58,896 nucleotides of DNA, taken from Negaprion brevirostris (Eukaryota). Of the stretch, positions 50,911-58,896 are shown in pieces. The stretch's first letter is position 1. Each line of letters opens with the position of its first letter. The DNA is taken from positions 146,479,945 to 146,538,840 of the forward strand of contig JARDVH010000001.1 in assembly GCA_030324005.1 (NCBI GenBank), read 5' to 3'. The position numbers and the translations under genes are program-made. A model generated the notes under the pieces. That model was given only the letters and a program-made list of their open reading frames with translations, searched no databases and had not been told where the DNA came from.

Positions 50911-52883
50911 ATAACACTGCCACCCAGGAAGTACAAGGCATACTACTGCCAGTGCTTTTAGTTCACATAAAATTCATTAACCTGGCTTGGACTCTGCTAC
51001 TACAGTGCAAAATTAAACAGCAAAAGCATGCAGAAATGCTGCAACAAGAATTGAAAGTGGCTATTATTTGTCCACTTGGAGGAGAATAAATTTAACAGAT
51101 TAATAAGTGCGTAATAATTAAATTAATACATTTAAAAGATTAATAAGACTGGTCCAGAAAATACTGCGTGGACATGCTTCTCCTGCATTTTAATGAATAA
51201 TGTTTGATGAAAATTACTTCCACTTAAAAATAAATTTATTGTACTTCAGTTTGCTAACAATCTCATGGCTCATCGTTCATTTTTAAAACTATAAACTATC
51301 CTTTTTAAAGTTACTGACTTGAAGGCACGCATACAAGAATGAAATTTTAGCATTGTGCAAATTGCACCAGAGAAAGAAAACTTCAGAATATCCAGTAAAA
51401 GTGATTCAAATTAACTTCCATGTCAGAGTTCAGAGAGTTGCATTGTGAAATGGCACAGCACTTGGATAACTGAAGTGAACTTTGCAATTTTTCCTATATT
51501 AGTTTTTTATTTCCAATTCCCTAAAGAATAAACACCAGGCTGAGGTATGTTGCTTCATCAAATTGCACATATTAAGCTAGGGTTAAGTGGACTTGGTGCA
51601 ACTCCCCAACAAAATCAACCTGCCAAAACCTACATCCAAGACAGGTACACTGGCCACCTAGGCAAAGGACCAGGACAATTATAATTACTCATGGAGCTGT
51701 AATCAAAACAGGGAATCAACTTCAAGAGAAGACTGCCAAATAAGTATTTTTGTAGTCTACTACTCATAATTCGATCAGTTTATCCAAAAATTGAAATATC
51801 TGATAACTTGAAGTAAGCAACTTAAGTAATACAACAAAGTGGGAGCTTAGTGCTAAAAATCTTGAAATCACAATTTATTTGATGTGACTTTAAATTAAGA
51901 TTAGAATGTTTCCCAGAACTGGCTCTCAGACACAATTACAACAATCTCTCATTCATTCTTTACTGAAATTAACCCAATAGCAGAATATACGGACAGGCAC
52001 AAATATTTAACAGGTGATGTAGGAGAAGAATGAAAATGTTCTTATTCCTCTTGACTTAGTCGGGCTACTTCCATCATATACAAACAAGATTCATTAATCT
52101 CTTCCATAGTTTTCCTTCTCCTGATGGTAATGGCATGTGCGACTGTGTGTGTGTGTTGGGTGATGTGCGCGTGTGTGGGGATGGTGGGGGAGGGTGATGT
52201 GTGTGTGCTGGGCAAGATACTTTTTGAGAGTTGGTACAGATTCGCTGGGCTTCTTTTGTACTGTAGGGATTCTATGGTTTATGAATGAATTCAAACAGTG
52301 CAATGTACCCAATATTTGATCGCAGGGACCAGCCTATCCAAGCCCAACTGTTTTCTCAGCTGACAGGAATATCTGTAAAAGGCAATCAGGCAGGTATTAA
52401 AAACAGGTCTCCTTCTTGGTGTTAAGCCTCTAGCCTCAAGGCACAAAGGTTACTTGTCTGAGATCAGCTAACTACATTACTTATGAAATCTAAGAACTCA
52501 TATTACTCTTTGTAAAATGCAAGTAAAGGGTTTATATATATTGCACAGATTGTGGAGCCTGAAGTCATGAAATTGCTTCAACTTAAATGTCCTCTAAAAC
52601 TAAATCTCTGAATTCATGGACCACCCAACTTCATAGTACATGTAAAACATACATTGTTCTCTCAACTTGGGTGATATGAGCCAGTCAAGTGAACTAGCTC
52701 TCTGTACACAGCTAGTATCCATTATCATGGCCAATGGTGTTCTTTTAATGAAAGGAGATCCTCCAAACATGATGCAAAATTCTGGAATCCCAAGTAACAT
52801 TTAATTCAGTTACCAAATGATAGTACATGCTCACAAGCAATAGGTTATAACAACGTGAACTAAGTAAATACTATTAAGGCCAA

Positions 52884-53115
52884 CCCGGCTTGGGTCACTC
52901 TGTGCTGAGTCTGCACATTCTCCCCATGTCTGCATGGGTTTCCTCTGGGTGCTTCAGTTTTCTCCCACAGCCTGAAAGATGTGCTGGTTAGGTGCACTAG
53001 CCATGCTAAATTCTCCCTCGCTGTACTCACAGGTGCCAGAGTGTGGCAACTCGGGGATTTTCACAGCATCTTCATTGCAGTGTTCAACGTAAGCCTACTT
53101 GTGACACTAATAAAC
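52884..53115 (+). mobile_element. 5'-truncated V-SINE with alternative tail
   Basis: V core plus tail ...gtaagcctacttgtgacactaataaa. Confidence 0.8.
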
Positions 53116-53119
53116 AAGT

Positions 53120-56100
53120 CATATGATCATAAAGATGTCATTCATAAATCTAAAAAAAAAATCAGGAGAAACATCTTTACCTAGAAAGTGGTTAAAATGT
53201 GGTAATTGCTACTACTTGAGGTGAATAGCATAAATACATTTAAGGGGATGTTCGTTAGGTACATGAGGGAGAAAGGAACAAAGGCATATTACAGATAGGA
53301 TTGGTTGAAGCAGGGTGGAAGGAAGTCTGATTGAAGCATGAATTCCAACATAGATCAGTTGGGGCAAATGGCCTGTTTTGGTATTGTAAAGTCTATCAGG
53401 AGAGGTTTGCACTTCACAGCTAGCAAGCCAAAACCATTCTAGTGTTTGGAGAAATGGAATAGATGCGCACAAAAGGAAACGCTTACATAAGTGTGCAGAA
53501 ACATGAAAATCCAGCAGACTAAGCTATAAAAACTAAAGATAATTTAAGTGATAATGGGCCAAATGCTAAAAAAGTCAAAAGAAAACTAACAAGGGATGTC
53601 AAAAGTTTTTGTAACAAATTAAGGGATAGCAAGATTACAAAAGTGCTAATAGATGAATGCAGGCAAACTTATAACAGCTAAGGAAACTACAAAATTATGA
53701 CATTATTTTCTTCTATCATTTCACTGCAAGGACAAAATATCAGAGGTATGACAGAACATAAGAGCTTAGTGGATGAAATGTTTCTTTAAAAATAGTAAAT
53801 GGAGAAAATAATAGGATTTTATAAAAGGATCTCCAGGACCTGATAATTTCCAAAGATATTCAACATGTTCCCCATGGAAAACATGCTTTTGGGTTGGAAA
53901 CTCCAAATGTCATTAAATCATAGAAAGGTTACAGCACAGAGGACGGCACTTGACCCAGGGTACTTGCTGCTTTCTGTAAGAGCAACTCAGCTCGTCCCAC
54001 TGCAAATTTTCTCTCTATACGTGATATTATCAAATGCCCCTTTTGAGATCTACAATTGACTTTGCAAGCCCACTACACACATAGGTAGCATATTCCAGAT
54101 TCCAACAACTCATTGCATAAAAACATTTATCCTCACATTATCACTGATTCTGTCAAAGGGAACAGTTTCTCCCCACTTTCATTGCCTTAGCCCCTCATGA
54201 TTTTGAAAACCACTAGCAAACCTATTCTGAACCTCTTCCTTCTCCAAGGCTAACACCCGGAATCTCCAGTTTATCCATGTAACTGAAGTCCCTCATCCTA
54301 GAATCACAAATCTTTTCTGCACTCTTTCTAATGACTTTGTTCAAAAAATGTGATGCCCGGAGTTGGATACAATACTCCAGTTGGGGCCAAACCAGGGTTT
54401 TCACAGAAGTTCATCATAATTTCCTTGCTTTTATATTTTGTTTCTATTTATAAAGCCCAGGAAGTCACATGCCTCTCAACCTACCCTGCCAAAGGTTTGT
54501 GCATATGTACCCCAAGTTTCTTCATTCCCCATTTCCTTTACAACTGTATCCAATCCTTATTCCTCCTATAAAATCTATAATTTCACACTTTTTTGCATTC
54601 ACTTGGACCAAGTCAGCCCACTCCCCAAGCCTAAGTCCAACTGAAATTTATCACTATCCTTCTCACCATTCACTACACTTCAAAGCTTTGTGTCATTTGC
54701 AAGTTCAAAATTGCACCCTGCGCACCCAAGTATAGATCACTGATAGTGATCACAAAATACAGTAGTCCCAATACAAATCCCTGGAGAATTCCATTGTAGA
54801 CCTTCGTCCTGTCTGAAAAACATCAATGTCACAAGTGTCTGCTGCCTGTCAACCAATTCCATATCCATGCTGCCATGGACTTGTTTATCCCATGGGCTTC
54901 AACTTTGCTAGCAAGTATACTGGGTCATATTTCTATGAAATGCCCTTTGGAAGTCCATGGATGCCACAACAACCACATTATCCTCAACTTTAGTCAAAAT
55001 TTTCAATTGAGTTAAACACTATTTGCCTTTAACAAGCCGCGCTGTGCTTTTCAGTTAATTCATACTCATCCAAGTGGTTGTTATTCTTGTCCCGGGTTAT
55101 GGTTTCTAAAAACATTCCCGCCACCGAGGTTAAACTGGCTGATATGCGTGGCTTGGATGAAAAAAGAGAATGCTATATGTCTAGATTTGCAGATGCTGCT
55201 ACTATAGATGCCAGCGTACAAGTCATTCTATGAAGTCTCAAATCCCCTCCACAAACAGGGGGTTGGCTTATACACTGAGTGTAGAAGTGAACTATGAACA
55301 TAGGTGTGGACAGTTGCCAACTTTCTTACTTACGAGGTTATAATAACCCAGATTGTCTGCTAGATCCTTTGCACTCAGTTATAAAAGATAAAGTAAAACA
55401 TCTATTTGTGGGATGAAACATTGAGACTGACTACTGGTGCAAATAATAGCATGCTTTGGCTGAAAGGAAGGGATGAGAGTAGTCTTACATACCAAGTATA
55501 TACAAAAACATTACTTCGGGGAATGAAAATATTGAGTCTCATACTCCAGGTTTAATTATACTTAGTGATCTATAGTATATTGTAGGGATTTGAGCAGGCA
55601 AAGTGGCACAATGAATGAATGGACTAAACTAAGGAAATTGGAGTTAAATATAGACAAGTATGATGTTATTCACTTTGGACCTGAGAAAGATGACTCAATG
55701 TGTTGTTAAAGATGAGGGACAAGGAGCTGAGGTGGAGCAAAGAGTTTGAAATACTTGAAGCTAATGCTCAAATGCAAGTCAAAAAAGTAGGCCTTCACCA
55801 CAGAGGCTAGACTTCAAAAGCTGGATCTGACACCAGTTATATGGAGCCTTGGTCAGACCCCATCCAGGGGCACCACATTCAGTTTTGGGCACAATCTCAG
55901 AAAAGATATACTGGCCTTCAACAAGAGTACACAGTAAATTCACCACTATGATACCATGGATTAAAGGGTTACACTACAAGGATAGAACACATTAAACACA
56001 GGCCATGTTGGTAAACAATTCAGAATGTTTAAAATGATAAAAAAGAGACTTGATTGGGTATACACAAATAATTTATTATTTGTGGGTAATCCAGAATAAG

Positions 56101-56370
56101 AGGATACAATTTTAAAATGAAAACTGGGCTATTTATGAGTGAAATCAAATCAATAAACACAGGATGCAATTTTTCATACAAATATTGGCAAAAATCTCAA
56201 ACTCACCCCAACCCTTTCAAAAGGCCATGGCTGCAGGTAAAAATGAAGTTGATAAGATTTTAGTTAGGTATGGGCTTTTAAGTGCTANNNNNNNNNNAAG
56301 CCATGATTTAATTGAATGGCAGGTCAGGCTGGACAGACTGAATGGCCTGTTCAAGTTCCTAGGTTCTTCC
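53120..56370. mobile_element. Cluster of decayed CR1 fragments (+ 53120-53900, - 53920-55150, + 55570-56370)
   Basis: ORF 54222..54404 KTLVWPQLEYCIQ; tails aatggcctgtt; aagtatgatgttattcactttgg. Confidence 0.65.
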
Positions 56371-56844
56371 TTAGTTCAATTTAACAGACTATTTTCACAG
56401 CTAGACTGACCTAGCCAATAAAAGAATTCAGAGAAGGGTATATATTTCCATTATATCTAATTATAAATTGTTGCATCATGTCTGGCCAAATGGAACAATC
56501 ATTTACAGGACTTTATCACCCCCTACTCTATATAGTTGGAACTGCTGTTTATGGAATTGCATTCCCACTGAACAAAATTGTAAATCAATAACATGATGCA
56601 TTTGATAGATAGCATCAATCCTTCTCCCAGATTCCACTTGTAATCTTGAAGGTCCAAATGCTTCTCAGTAACAGTTACATACACTTGTACGTTCACAGAA
56701 TTCTGTGGCAGCCATATTCCACTAAAAAGCTGCTTTACATAGAGGAAGTTTATTCGGTAATTATGATCAGTAAAGCATTTTATTTTGCAGTATCTTACAC
56801 CAATAGTGTCAACTATAAATCAGTTAATAGCATTCACTCCTAAA

Positions 56845-57220
56845 TCACAGGGTTATGGGTTCAAGATACCTTGAGCATTATCTAAGCTGACGTTTCAGTG
56901 CAGTACTAAAGAGTGCTACACTGTCAGAGATACCTTCAGATGAAACATTAAATGGCAGACACAAAAGATCTCATAGCACAACTTTGAAGAGCAGGGGAAC
57001 TTTCTCTGCTGATCAGAACTTTATTTGTCTTGCAATCAACATCACTAAAAGAGATTATCTGGTTTTTAGCACATTGCTGTTTATGGGAAATTGCTGTGTG
57101 CAAATTGACTGCTGTGTTTCCTATATTATAGCAGTGATTACATTTCAAAAAATACTTCATTGGTTGTCAAGCACATCCCTCAGACATGAAAGATACTATG
57201 CAAATGCAAGTCTTTCTTAT
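56845..57220 (+). mobile_element. DeuSINE-like (SacSINE1/AmnSINE1-related) element
   Basis: cagtgcagtact...cagatgaaacattaaa...aaaagatctcatagcac...gaagagcagggga resembles the Deu domain; L2-like tail ...aaatgcaagtctttctt. Confidence 0.6.
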
Positions 57221-58896
57221 TAAAGAAATGATTTGCCTTTCAAACAGATTTCTACAGTATTGCTTTGGCTTTCTGGATTATTTGCCCATATCCTAGCTAA
57301 ATATATTTGCAGTGAATTCTACAGCTCAATTCCATAAGAAACTGCTCAAACGATACCTCTTAAATGGTTACAAGGAGACATAATCCATTTATTACAGAAA
57401 TACTTTAACTGTATGTGGTGGCTTCCAGTATCTTCTTTGACCCCATTTAAATTGCTGGGTAAATTCAGATCAGCAACTTAAGTGCTAATTGTTCATGGTT
57501 GTGATATTCTAGTTGACTTTATTTGCTTACTCTCCACCTTCCCATTTTGGGCAAAGAGTCATACAGGCCAATAATGTGGAAATCGTACTGCTAGCCTCTA
57601 TGGGTGGGCTGTGTTCAGTTGGTTCCTATCTGCAATACTGTTGGCCTGCACTGCTACATCTGGATAAACTTTGTTAACGCACCATCCAATGTGGTCCTCG
57701 ACCCCTCAGCTTCACTGGCATCACTAGTTATTTTCAATATACTGCAATGCCATTGCTCACTGCAGTCCAATATAATTGATCACCCTAAATATCTTCTAAT
57801 ATTCAAGTCAGTTCACAGTTTAATTAAAACTAACTACAAAGTAGGAAACTGCCGTACTAAAGTACATGGATAAACCATAGGTAACTGACTATTCCATAGA
57901 CAGCAAATATTTGATCTCATGCAACCCATCTAAAAATGGATGGATGGGAGTGTACGGAAGGAATGACAAATACATACTGCCAGAGACCTTTAACAGTTGG
58001 TGCACAAATATTTAGAAAACAATTTTTAAAACTTTTTAAAGATTTTAAGAGCATAAAAGGAGAAATTTTTAAAAATTTCCTGAAAGATTTTAACTTCTGT
58101 TTATATGAGCATCATTACATCAGGTTCATCAAATACATTAAAGTTTCACAACCACATTATTGATAATATTGAGTGCCATTTGAAAATTAAATGCTGAAAA
58201 TTTGACCTAATATATATTAAATGCATATTGAGTCAGCATACTTGGTTATTCTTAAAATCCAAACCCTCTTTAGACAGGCATAACACCGTAATTTCAAACC
58301 CCAAGTCCTATCCTAGATGTGGAATATTACAGGGCATCTACCTATTCTAGGCTTTCTCTCTTGCTATAGCTGCTCGACCTTATCCATCACATGAACTGAC
58401 TTCCAAGGTTGGCTATCCAAGAAGGCACTATATAAGCCAAGTTCTTTATTTCATGTGTGACTCCTTTCCTTTATACTGAATCGTACTACTTTTTTTCCTT
58501 CCATTCATTGACGTATTTAAATAAAAGGACCAAAAATACAAACAGTGAAATATATAGGATATAAGAATGTAAATCATGTATGATTGATTCGAAGATTTCA
58601 AAATAGTCAATATGGTCAGGCCTGTATCAATCCTCTATTCGAGTTCCACAAGATGATTTCATGTCAAAGAAAGAAATCGACAACTACATGAAATCCTGAT
58701 GTTTCCTGATTCCAAGTATTAAGATTTTACTCCTAATCTGCGCACAACAAAATCTCTTAAGAGACAGATGTCAATGCGATTGTAACAAAGAGGTGGTTGG
58801 TGCAAGGCCTGGGGCCTCACTTTGCAAAAATATAACCAGGGAGCGGCTCGAAATCTCACTCCGGCCTCCCATCCAACGCCTTTCACGTGTTTGGGT

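Noticed and set aside
55255-55565. Three degenerate cttatac-like motifs recalling pogo/Tigger subterminal repeats
   Set aside because: Too diverged, and no paired TIRs or TSD could be defined.
39523-58896. NAA15 exon 1 or a nested gene in intron 1
   Set aside because: No MPxxxLPPKE-like sequence was found, and the recognisable ORFs here are retroelement-derived. N gaps could hide sequence.

Overview
Vertebrate genomic DNA, most likely a shark: the repeats look like HE1/V-SINEs, a Deu-domain SINE and CR1, L2, Rex1 and Penelope elements. It is a draft assembly with many N gaps. The whole window lies inside one minus-strand gene, NAA15 (auxiliary subunit of the NatA N-terminal acetyltransferase). 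I read 15 coding exons (exons 2-16 by human numbering) with GT-AG boundaries. Their lengths (85, 105, 158, 135, 154, 120, 96, 107, 73, 170, 153, 129, 214, 194, 109; 2002 nt total) match the vertebrate structure as I recall it and join in one open frame. Exon 1 and exons 17-20 lie outside the window. Intron 3 has the signals of a minor-spliceosome (U12) intron. The introns are full of mobile-element remnants. The most unusual are short non-coding fold-back elements with target-site duplications, whose arms carry minimal hammerhead-ribozyme motifs of the Penelope type; one motif with an intact core lies in pre-mRNA sense in intron 8. Exon coordinates are exact. Repeat boundaries are approximate, and family names come from motif recognition, not database searches.
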